From a virus, in IMG/VR virus record IMGVR_UViG_3300031965_000001, positions 7,267 through 71,266 of that record: a stretch of 64,000 bases of DNA; one strand, written 5' to 3'. This document shows, piece after piece, positions 48,362-56,448 of the stretch. How positions within the stretch are numbered: the first letter of the stretch is position 1; each line of letters begins with the position of its first letter. Position numbers and translations under genes: made by a program. A model generated the notes under the pieces. The model was not told the DNA's origin, ran no database searches, and saw only the letters and a program-made list of their open reading frames with translations.

Positions 48362-48877
48362 TCAACGGCGCAACCCCTTTTTTCTCCGATATGCCACTTG
48401 CATCGGTGTTAGTCCTTGATTTTTAGACATAAATCTTTTCTTTTCATATATGTATTTATCTCTCATATATGTCTTGTATGCCTTTGGCTGATTTTTTTTC
48501 GCCGTACTGGCCTTGAAGTGCTTTTCTGAATAGTCGATCTCAGGAAGTCCAGCCTCCATCCTTCTCCTCAGCGCTGTTTCAATACACAAATTCTCAAGTT
48601 CTTTTGATTCTTTGACTTCCGATAGAGCTGGCTTGTGTAACAGGTCGTGGCACCAGCCACATAAATTAAACAAATTCCATTCCTCGTCCCTATCCCTACC
48701 CCTATATCTACTCTTAAATATACAGTGGTGCAGATGTAGTTTATTCTGAACCCACAATCCCAATTCCTCATTCCAGTGTCTTTTTTTCCTGAATTTACAT
48801 TTAGGATTTTGACACTGATAATTATCTCTTACGAGACATTGACGCCTTACCTCGTCTCTGATGCCGTTTAGTGCCAT
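48362..48877 (-). CDS. HNH endonuclease
   Basis: RDNYQCQNPKC, LHLHH, NLFNLCGWCHDLLH. Confidence 0.85.
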   Translation of the reverse strand: MALNGIRDEVRRQCLVRDNYQCQNPKCKFRKKRHWNEELGLWVQNKLHLHHCIFKSRYRGRDRDEEWNLFNLCGWCHDLLHKPALSEVKESKELENLCIETALRRRMEAGLPEIDYSEKHFKASTAKKNQPKAYKTYMRDKYIYEKKRFMSKNQGLTPMQVAYRRKKGLRR

Positions 48878-48886
48878 GCCTAAATC

Positions 48887-49291
48887 CTAGCAAACGAGTA
48901 TACATGAGTCCAGAACATCATCCTTCGCGTCCGATACGGCATCCACACCACCTCCTACAATTCCATCAACAACATCGACTAGTCCACTTTCGACGTTGAC
49001 CACATTCTCATCATCTGCCCCGCTGCTAGAATCTTCTCCTTTGGTGCTTGGTATAACCTTCTCAATTGTCCTTTCGATAATTGATGGGAAAATGGAACTT
49101 TCTTGCTCCTGCTCTTTCGCTTCAACTGATGGAACGAATCTCCCGCCCTCTCTCTCACTGGTTATTCTTCCTTCCATTACACCGTCTCCACCATTTCTGA
49201 ACATAGAAGTGATCAGTATCGCTAGCACTGGGAGCATGAAGGCGAATGTTGCCATTGATACGAGCCTAGACTTATCATCAAGGTCCATCAT
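48887..49291 (-). CDS. Membrane-anchored hypothetical protein
   Basis: One N-terminal TM helix. Confidence 0.5.
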   Translation of the reverse strand: MMDLDDKSRLVSMATFAFMLPVLAILITSMFRNGGDGVMEGRITSEREGGRFVPSVEAKEQEQESSIFPSIIERTIEKVIPSTKGEDSSSGADDENVVNVESGLVDVVDGIVGGGVDAVSDAKDDVLDSCILVC

Positions 49292-49359
49292 TGACTATAC
49301 ATTATAGAACAAAATTATTAATTTTCAATTGGCGATTTGGATTTTATCTTGCCACTAAT

Positions 49360-50343
49360 TCATTTCAAGAACCAATTCGACGATGGAGCTGAAATCGACC
49401 TCTCTATCACTTCTTCGGATAAGAACCTAAGTCTCAGATACCCACCAGGATATTTTCTTAGGTTGTCCAGTGCCTGAGTAGATTGTCCAGCCCAAATGTC
49501 GATTCTCCTGTTTTGTATTGCAGAACCGTGATCACGGCAGCTTAAAACCCCAATACCCTCTACCTCAACCTTTGTCCCAAATGGAATCTCAGGTGGGCAA
49601 GCAGCAACCTTAAACGCATCTTCTGGCTTTAGAATATAACTACTTGCTGTGCTTAAACAATTACCCCAACAGTTCACCACAAAGTCCTCCTCATACTCTA
49701 AGTCCCTTCTCAGGCTATCCCTGATTGCTGGTCGATCATGAAACCACTGATCTGCCTCCTCCAGTGAATCGCCTATAATTTCATCGTTGAACATGATCTG
49801 CGATCCACTATTGGTTATGTAATCCCATTTTTTTGCCGTCGCTATAAAAACTGAATCTTTTACCGATCTAAAATACCGTTCCTGACCTCGAACTGGCGTA
49901 TAATATCTAGTGACATCCCAAATCTCCCATGTGTGAGTTGTTCTCCACATATCATCGAGGGCTGTCATTATATTATCCCCTGGGCAGGCTGTGGGGCTAG
50001 CCCACCGATGGGGAATTATTTCATCAAAATTATAGATAGAATCTAGGTTCTTTATCAGGTCTCTTGCTGCCTGCAATTGTTCTGGCGTCGGTTGTTCTAC
50101 TTGGAAATTCCCAGAAAAGACGATGGCGATGGCATGATTATTAACCTCTGAGTTTCTTGTGGTCCCAGTCCTTTCATACGTTGCCCTGTTTGGTATCACC
50201 TCTCCTGATGTTTCTACTAGAAAGTGATATGCAATGTGAATACCATACACGCTCTCTTCATACCCCCTGTTCTTGTGAGAACTATTGATCTTACTGTGTT
50301 GGTTGTCTCCATCTTCGGCAGTATGATGGACGACCAAGATCAT
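49360..50343 (-). CDS. N-acetylmuramoyl-L-alanine amidase (Amidase_2) fused to a 3D domain
   Basis: VVHHTA, IAYHFLV, IVFSGNF, HR...TACPG; AACPPEIPFGTKV...RDHGSAIQNRRIDIW. Confidence 0.85.
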   Translation of the reverse strand: MILVVHHTAEDGDNQHSKINSSHKNRGYEESVYGIHIAYHFLVETSGEVIPNRATYERTGTTRNSEVNNHAIAIVFSGNFQVEQPTPEQLQAARDLIKNLDSIYNFDEIIPHRWASPTACPGDNIMTALDDMWRTTHTWEIWDVTRYYTPVRGQERYFRSVKDSVFIATAKKWDYITNSGSQIMFNDEIIGDSLEEADQWFHDRPAIRDSLRRDLEYEEDFVVNCWGNCLSTASSYILKPEDAFKVAACPPEIPFGTKVEVEGIGVLSCRDHGSAIQNRRIDIWAGQSTQALDNLRKYPGGYLRLRFLSEEVIERSISAPSSNWFLK

Positions 50344-50351
50344 GGGGCTAT

Positions 50352-50666
50352 CTACCTGGCCCCTAATTTTAAAGGGTCGTAGACATTGGGACAGACTGTA
50401 TCTGGGTATCCCTCTCTATAATGATCATGGAACCATATTGTGCTGTTATCTTTCTCAATACACTCCTCCTTGTCTCCGTTGAGGCACTTGCTCCACCTTT
50501 CTGCAATGGTCTTACAAGATTTTTGCATAGATTTTTGCTTTGCGACAGCAGCCCGATACGCAACCCTTTCATCCGAATTATATGCAGACACGGCAGAATA
50601 AATGCCCAGACCAAATACGACAAGGGAAACAAAAATAACGCCAGTGATGAATTTGTTTTTGTTCAT
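50352..50666 (-). CDS. Membrane-anchored/exported small Cys-containing protein
   Basis: N-terminal TM helix, four Cys. Confidence 0.55.
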   Translation of the reverse strand: MNKNKFITGVIFVSLVVFGLGIYSAVSAYNSDERVAYRAAVAKQKSMQKSCKTIAERWSKCLNGDKEECIEKDNSTIWFHDHYREGYPDTVCPNVYDPLKLGAR

Positions 50667-50721
50667 AATTACATTGATAAAAGAATAAAAAGACAAACGA
50701 CGGAAAAAATAAAAATAGTTC

Positions 50722-51123
50722 TCATTTTATTATTTGGTCTTGGAATTTTGATTCGAGATATTTGTCTATCCACTTTGCGTCGAACACAATAGGCTTATTG
50801 TTAATGGTCTCCTCTGAATCCTCGTCTGTAATGGCATCCACCATTTTTGATAAAACATTTTCAGAGCTTACTCGAACATCTAAATTATATTTATCTAGGA
50901 AATTATCAATCACACATTTTACAAGGTCTTTCTGTAAAATAAGCAACGCCTCGTCATACATATCAAGGTGCTTTCTAAATGGGTTTTTCCAATATTCCAT
51001 TTCGTCTAATTTCATCTTTGAGGCATAGATTATCATTGATTTTCTTATGTTCTGCTTATTCAGCATCTTTGACTGCCAGAGGGCGTTTATTTCATCCGAT
51101 GGTTCAATATCTTCAAACTTCAT
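50722..51123 (-). CDS. Hypothetical protein
   Basis: Start placed at ATG 51123. Confidence 0.5.
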   Translation of the reverse strand: MKFEDIEPSDEINALWQSKMLNKQNIRKSMIIYASKMKLDEMEYWKNPFRKHLDMYDEALLILQKDLVKCVIDNFLDKYNLDVRVSSENVLSKMVDAITDEDSEETINNKPIVFDAKWIDKYLESKFQDQIIK

Positions 51124-51166
51124 GCGATCAGTGTAGCAGAACACCAAAGAAAAGTCAATGACATTT

Positions 51167-51445
51167 CTAGCTATTTATGGCATCTTTCATTGTCTTACCT
51201 GCCTTGAAATGCGCTCTACTCTTGGGAGGAATCTTTATTTTCTCAGTAGGATTTCGGGGGTTGATGCCGATTCTTGATCCACGGTGCTTAACGCTAAAAC
51301 ATCCAAATCCATTGATTTTTACTTTCTTCCCCTCCCTCATATTCTTATATACAAAATTTACAAAAGCATCTAAAGCGTCTGACGCTGCATTTTTGGGGAG
51401 ACCTGCTCCTTCTGCAATGGCATCAATGATGTCTTTTCTGACCAT
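51167..51445 (-). CDS. hup: HU-family DNA-binding protein
   Basis: KVKINGFGCF, GINPRNP.EKIKIP, FKAGK. Confidence 0.92.
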   Translation of the reverse strand: MVRKDIIDAIAEGAGLPKNAASDALDAFVNFVYKNMREGKKVKINGFGCFSVKHRGSRIGINPRNPTEKIKIPPKSRAHFKAGKTMKDAINS

Positions 51446-51460
51446 AATTTAATTGGGAAT

Positions 51461-51763
51461 TTAATTAAAAGGGTTTTTGGGGTCTTTATTGCCCCTAGAA
51501 TTCTTAGCGGATCGTTCCCAGACTCTCACAAGCGTTTCCTTTGTCTCCTTCCTCTTTAGCCATTTTACAAGATTATGTCTCCTAATAACATAATAATTCT
51601 TTGAGGCATGTCCAGTTTTAGCCGTATAATTATGTTCTAATGGCGTATTAAACCCCTGATATATCCATGCGGGAGAAACCCCTAAAATACCAACGAGATC
51701 TTTGGGCTTTAGTATTTCTGGACCATTTTCTACATCCTTGATTATTGAATCTATAGTTTTCAT
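51461..51763 (-). CDS. Excisionase-like HTH protein
   Basis: ILKPKDLVGILGVSPAWIY. Confidence 0.55.
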   Translation of the reverse strand: MKTIDSIIKDVENGPEILKPKDLVGILGVSPAWIYQGFNTPLEHNYTAKTGHASKNYYVIRRHNLVKWLKRKETKETLVRVWERSAKNSRGNKDPKNPFN

Positions 51764-51827
51764 ATAGCAGAAATATACATGACTTTTAACTATATTCAAG
51801 TGTAAAATTTTGTTTGCTCTTGCCACC

Positions 51828-52442
51828 CTATCCTCGGCTAGTAATACGATCTTTTTGTGCCCCTCGCCATTCTGCATACAGCTTCATGTGCCGATCCGAT
51901 AGAATTTTCTGCTGCTGATATATCGTATCCATCATTCCCTTTAAAGTCCTTGAAACGTGATAAAAATACAACTCCTTCCTCGATTCATCCGCTGATGTGA
52001 TAGTCGCAATGGATTTTTTGTCATCATTCGTGAGACCCTTCTGTATCCTCTCTGCTAAAGTCTTTGCCTTTTTACTGAGCGACCACGTTATCCCCGCTTC
52101 GTGCAATTTAATTGCGTATTTTAACTGTAGTGACCTACCCTCACACCACGCCTGTTTCTGTGAGAGGAAAAGATACATCTGTGATAGATTCCATGAATGA
52201 GAAATTATATCGTCCATTGTCATTCCCATAAGGTAATTCACATCCATATCTATCTTCTGTTTTAGCTGATTAAGAGACTCCTCCATATCCTTCGGAGGGA
52301 CAAGATCGAAATCCATGACCTCTGATAAATCTTTTAATAGAGAAGAGAAATTTGATTTAGCCTCTTCTCCCATTTCTAGGGCATCAAACACTCGCTCAAT
52401 GTGCTCGGAAATTTTGCCTATTGCTTTGGATTCTTCGCTCAT
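51828..52442 (-). CDS. Hypothetical helical protein
   Basis: ATGA overlap with the upstream ORF. Confidence 0.55.
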   Translation of the reverse strand: MSEESKAIGKISEHIERVFDALEMGEEAKSNFSSLLKDLSEVMDFDLVPPKDMEESLNQLKQKIDMDVNYLMGMTMDDIISHSWNLSQMYLFLSQKQAWCEGRSLQLKYAIKLHEAGITWSLSKKAKTLAERIQKGLTNDDKKSIATITSADESRKELYFYHVSRTLKGMMDTIYQQQKILSDRHMKLYAEWRGAQKDRITSRG

Positions 52443-52627
52443 TTTTTTAGGGAAAGGCATCCTTTATGCTCTGCATTACATTCTTCTCCTGACAGATCAC
52501 AGTCCATTTTTATGCAAGCCTCCCACCATTTCCTATCTGCGTACTCTTCCCAGCAATCTTGGCAGAACTCATCCGCCCATTCTGCGATCTTGCCGCATTT
52601 GCATTTTGCTTCTGTCTCATCATTCAT
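52439..52627 (-). CDS. Small Cys-rich hypothetical protein
   Basis: CxC...CxxC; coupled at both ends. Confidence 0.55.
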   Translation of the reverse strand: MNDETEAKCKCGKIAEWADEFCQDCWEEYADRKWWEACIKMDCDLSGEECNAEHKGCLSLKK

Positions 52628-53436
52628 CTGTACGGGCAGAAGAAATTATTAGAACAACTGGGCAAATTATATTTCCCCTCCATCATATCCTTACATATCG
52701 ACATGCCCCGCTTCGTATCTTCATAGAACCCAACAAGATCTTTCATTGTAAATTCTACTGGCTGGTTCGATACGGTCGCATCCTTATTACCATTCTTTTT
52801 AATCAATGAAATAACATCTATCATTGGAATTTCCCCAGTAACAGCCCATCCGAAATAACAATACCCCTTGAATTGATATGAATTCATACACTTGCTTTTT
52901 GTCCATTTTGTTGTGCCACTCTTAAAGTCCGCTATTCTCATCTTTTGCCCCTTTAATCCATCATTAGATAAAATTTTACTCAGGTCGATGATCCCATAAA
53001 GAGGAATATCTAAAAATTCATTCGGATTCTCTGGATGACGAATCCATGTTAGAAATTCTTTTTCTGGCGATCCATCTCTTAGTCCTAATGTATCTAATTT
53101 TTCTTTCAGAAGCCGAACATGGGTCTCTATTTGATCAATATACTCCAGACCAGCCCTCGCTGCTATCTCCGCTTCCTCTGGCAAATCTTCCCCCTTTATC
53201 GCAAGCTCTATTACATAATGAACAAGCTCCCCATATCCATAAATATGCTTCTTGTCCTTAAATGGATCTTCCTGTTCTTTCTTAATGTATTTTCTGTAAA
53301 AGCATGATGGACAGGATTTCAACATGTTGTGTCGAGTCGCGCTCCAGTAGAATGGTAGTTCTTCTGATTTCTTCTTCGCTGGAGTACCGTACCATGTTGG
53401 AATTTTCTCAGTCAATAGGTAACTATTCCCTAACAT
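52624..53436 (-). CDS. PD-(D/E)XK nuclease (RecB/Cas4-like); start codon now supplied by the mobile element end
   Basis: WSAT...CP, YGELVH, GIIDL...IADFKSG, QFKGY, C...FCPYR. Confidence 0.85.
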   Translation of the reverse strand: MLGNSYLLTEKIPTWYGTPAKKKSEELPFYWSATRHNMLKSCPSCFYRKYIKKEQEDPFKDKKHIYGYGELVHYVIELAIKGEDLPEEAEIAARAGLEYIDQIETHVRLLKEKLDTLGLRDGSPEKEFLTWIRHPENPNEFLDIPLYGIIDLSKILSNDGLKGQKMRIADFKSGTTKWTKSKCMNSYQFKGYCYFGWAVTGEIPMIDVISLIKKNGNKDATVSNQPVEFTMKDLVGFYEDTKRGMSICKDMMEGKYNLPSCSNNFFCPYR

Positions 53437-53560
53437 ATAGTTTGGGGAACTCTACGTTTCACAGGGCGAGTAACTCTCACACAGTCCCGTAGGGCTGTGC
53501 TACCATCTCCTCCCTCCGCGTCTTGGTTGGCACCCAACCAGTGCTTCAGAACCATTTTGG
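53400..53560 (-). ncRNA. Predicted TnpB omega RNA (scaffold plus flank-derived guide); boundaries approximate
   Basis: Hairpins TGGTTGG/CCAACCA, CACAGCCC/GGGACTGTG and TTCCC/GGGAA over the tnpB 3' end; position expected for omega RNAs. Confidence 0.6.
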
Positions 53561-54687
53561 CAGCGTTAATGTCTCTGTCGTGTTTTGTAGAACACTTTGG
53601 ACATTCCCATTGCCTTATTGATAATGGAAGCGATTGACACACGAAATTACACTGTGAGCAGGTCTTCGAGCTTGGGAAGAAGCGACCAACTTTCTCTACT
53701 GAGTTGCCACGCCACTTCTGCTTATACTCCAACTGTCTGATGAATTCACTCCATGAGGCATCCCCTATGGATTCCGCAAGGCAATGATTCTTCATCATGT
53801 TGCTCACTGCCAAATCTTCACAGACGATGACAACGTGGTTCTTGTTTGCCAACTTCTTCGAGATATGGTGTAAGTGATTAGATCGTGTGTTTTTTATTTT
53901 CTTGTGAAGTCTAGCTACTTTTAATTTGGCTACAGTACGGCTCTTTGATCCTTTTTGTTTTCTTGAAAGACCCTGTTGAATCTTCTTCATTTCTTTTTTT
54001 AGACTCTTCTTTGGATGGATGTTCTCGTACTTCTTTCCATCACTGGTAATAGCAAGGTGGGTGAGTCCAAGGTCAAGACCTATGGGGTCTTTCTTTTTTC
54101 CTCTTGGTTCTTTCATTTCTTCCTCTGAAACAATCGTAGCCCACCAGTCCCCACAGGCATCTACCTTGATTGTAACGGAGTAATTCTTATTGTCCTTCGG
54201 AGGGGGGTTCCCCTTAAAATAAATGGAAAGACCACGTTCTATATGTAATTTCTTTCCATTGATTCTCCATCTATCGGGTTTTCTGAAGGATTGGTTTGGA
54301 TTGTACTTGGATTTGAATTTAGGATAATTTGCCCTCTTCTCAAAGAAGTTTTTGTATGCTGCATCTAAATCTCGGAGAGATTGCTGAAGGGGGTGTGTCT
54401 GCGCTTCTCCAATCCATTTATACTCATCCTGCTGCTTTAGTTTTGTTAGTGCCATAGCAGTTTCATGGTAGTACATTTTTTCTCCTCTCTCTAAATAGGC
54501 TGTTTTTCGTTCATTAAGAAAGTAGTTCCAAACAAATCTACACGCTCCGAAGGTTTTCCTTAGCTTCTCCTCTTGATACTTTCGAGGATAGAGCTTGAGC
54601 CTATAGGTCTTTTTTACTTCCATGATTGAATGGTACACGGATGATATGGTTGTGTCAATAGTTACTATACTATAGGGAATAGTCACG
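53418..54687 (-). mobile_element. Non-autonomous TnpB element with TIRs and 8-bp TSD, 1270 bp
   Basis: 24-bp TIRs GGTAACTATTCCCTAACATATAGT and CGTGACTATTCCCTATAGTATAGT (19/24); flanks AGTCAATA 53410-53417 and AGTTAATA 54688-54695; removal restores MEILTEKIP. Confidence 0.82.
53430..54623 (-). CDS. tnpB: TnpB RNA-guided endonuclease
   Basis: HTH YRLKLYP...FGACRFVWN; RuvC GLDLG, VCEDL, DRDINAA; Zn finger CSQC/CPKC; all three acids intact; promoter TTGACA-17-TACCAT-6-ATG. Confidence 0.95.
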   Translation of the reverse strand: MEVKKTYRLKLYPRKYQEEKLRKTFGACRFVWNYFLNERKTAYLERGEKMYYHETAMALTKLKQQDEYKWIGEAQTHPLQQSLRDLDAAYKNFFEKRANYPKFKSKYNPNQSFRKPDRWRINGKKLHIERGLSIYFKGNPPPKDNKNYSVTIKVDACGDWWATIVSEEEMKEPRGKKKDPIGLDLGLTHLAITSDGKKYENIHPKKSLKKEMKKIQQGLSRKQKGSKSRTVAKLKVARLHKKIKNTRSNHLHHISKKLANKNHVVIVCEDLAVSNMMKNHCLAESIGDASWSEFIRQLEYKQKWRGNSVEKVGRFFPSSKTCSQCNFVCQSLPLSIRQWECPKCSTKHDRDINAAKMVLKHWLGANQDAEGGDGSTALRDCVRVTRPVKRRVPQTIC

Positions 54688-54702
54688 AGTTAATATCTCC
54701 AT

Positions 54703-55530
54703 CTAAGATTGGGGGGACGATTCGTTCGCCTTCGCTAATACCTCCTGATAAACAGAGCTAAGATGTTTCTTTGCCCCTGCGCTCAGGGTGGAAATTTCCT
54801 TTTTCATTTCCTTCGCAATTTTATTCAGGGCATCGTTTGGATTCTCTTCATTTAAACATGCCCTTATTTTAGCCTCCATAGACTGAACCGCCATTCTCGC
54901 CCCCGAATCTGGGCTTTCTTCGGTCTCTGCATCTGACAACATAACATCTTCAATAGTCGAAAATCCTCCCGCAATGTCCAATCCTATTCCGGCGGCCGCT
55001 ATTGCCCTTGACCTTGCCGCTGTCTCTGCCTTTTCGATATATGTCGTTGAATAATTTGCATCCCCACTTCTTTTTGCTGTGCCTGTGCCCTCCTTTAAGA
55101 TGATAGGATTTTGCTCGCATGGAAGAAATACTTCTAGGGTGAATCTAACACTGGCTATTGTGGTGAATGGCACGTTGGCAGATATAAACTCTGTTTTTGT
55201 AAAGTTAATAAGCGCCCTGCACCCCATTTCCTTCTCGATTGCGTTAGCAACCATCTGCGCCATAAAAGCCCTCCCAGATGCTTTGAGATATGTGTTTCTT
55301 GAGTGCTCAATGTATTCTCCCTTTTTATCCCCATCAATATATCCTACATAGTCTAGCAAATAATGATAATATATAGGATTCTGAGCCGATGCAGCCCTCT
55401 GGCTAGGGCTGGCGAGTCCATTCATTTGACAGTAAACATCAAAAGCCTTCTCACATTCTGGGTAACTTTCTGCTGGGGGCTTGAACTGTTCGACCTGCTG
55501 ATAAACTTTAATTTTTCCTTTGTATGACAT
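54703..55530 (-). CDS. Rad52/Sak-like single-strand annealing protein
   Basis: YLKASGR, GTGTA, YIEKAETAARSRAIAAAGIG. Confidence 0.7.
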   Translation of the reverse strand: MSYKGKIKVYQQVEQFKPPAESYPECEKAFDVYCQMNGLASPSQRAASAQNPIYYHYLLDYVGYIDGDKKGEYIEHSRNTYLKASGRAFMAQMVANAIEKEMGCRALINFTKTEFISANVPFTTIASVRFTLEVFLPCEQNPIILKEGTGTAKRSGDANYSTTYIEKAETAARSRAIAAAGIGLDIAGGFSTIEDVMLSDAETEESPDSGARMAVQSMEAKIRACLNEENPNDALNKIAKEMKKEISTLSAGAKKHLSSVYQEVLAKANESSPQS

Positions 55531-55583
55531 AAATAAAAATGGTAGTTAATATGTATGAAATCTACTCTAGTTTTTCCCAGTGG

Positions 55584-56114
55584 TCAAGGATTTTTTTTCT
55601 TCCTAGCTGCCAGACCACTTTCCAGAGATTTCACAAACATGTCATCATCAAACATCCATTCAAATCTTCCTGTATAAATACAAAGAGGAAGGGAAAAAAG
55701 CGGGGTGACCTCTACGAGAAATGAATACCTCTTAACATAAGATTTTGGGCTTACAGTCGTTATCACTCCCTTTTTATCAGATACCTTTATATGAGGATAT
55801 TCGACTTTTCCCTCAGTCTCTTTATCATAAAAAAACTTATACAAATAATATTCAATAATCATTATTGAAATAAATATTGAATATATAATAATTATTTTTT
55901 CTGTATAGCCCCAAAATAAAAATGCAGATATGGATATAATTGGCAATAGGATTGACACAAACCACTTTATAACCTGATCTGTATCCCCCATCGCCAACTC
56001 CCCATTTTCATTATTATAAAATTCTTCTGGTGCCTCTTTTAGTATTGGAACAATTTCATAGTCGGTACCGCCATGGTAAAATGTGGATGGGATATCACTG
56101 TCTTTGAGGTCCAT
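55584..56114 (-). CDS. Membrane protein of unknown function
   Basis: Two adjacent TM helices. Confidence 0.55.
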   Translation of the reverse strand: MDLKDSDIPSTFYHGGTDYEIVPILKEAPEEFYNNENGELAMGDTDQVIKWFVSILLPIISISAFLFWGYTEKIIIIYSIFISIMIIEYYLYKFFYDKETEGKVEYPHIKVSDKKGVITTVSPKSYVKRYSFLVEVTPLFSLPLCIYTGRFEWMFDDDMFVKSLESGLAARKKKNP

Positions 56115-56132
56115 ATAAAAATTGGGGAAAAA

Positions 56133-56429
56133 TCAGCAAACAAATCCCATCAATTTTACCTTATGTTCTATTTCTTTTGCAACTGTCTCACCAACACCCT
56201 TAATGGATGTTAGCGTGGAATACCTAATTTCTATAAGAATATCTCCTATAGTTTCTATATCGTCATTAAGCATTGCCCTGTATGCCCTTGCGCTGAGCCG
56301 CAAAAATTCTATGGGACTGTCTTCTGTAATTTGGAACTTACTTTCTTTCTTGGGGGCCAGTGTTCTAGTTCTTACTGAGGAGACTTGCACAGTTAAAATG
56401 CTATCATAAAAACTACCATTTTGAAACAA
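56133..56429 (-). CDS. Small protein with helix-hairpin-helix motif
   Basis: LTSIKGVGETVAKEI; start uncertain. Confidence 0.5.
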   Translation of the reverse strand: MFQNGSFYDSILTVQVSSVRTRTLAPKKESKFQITEDSPIEFLRLSARAYRAMLNDDIETIGDILIEIRYSTLTSIKGVGETVAKEIEHKVKLMGFVC

Positions 56430-56448
56430 AAACGCTTTGCTTTTTCTC

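Noticed and set aside
53410-54695. Reading the tnpB element as an ordinary IS605/IS1341 insertion with no duplication
   Set aside because: Gives the same empty site but leaves both the 19/24 inverted ends and the 7/8 flanking repeat as coincidences. Less parsimonious, though not excluded.
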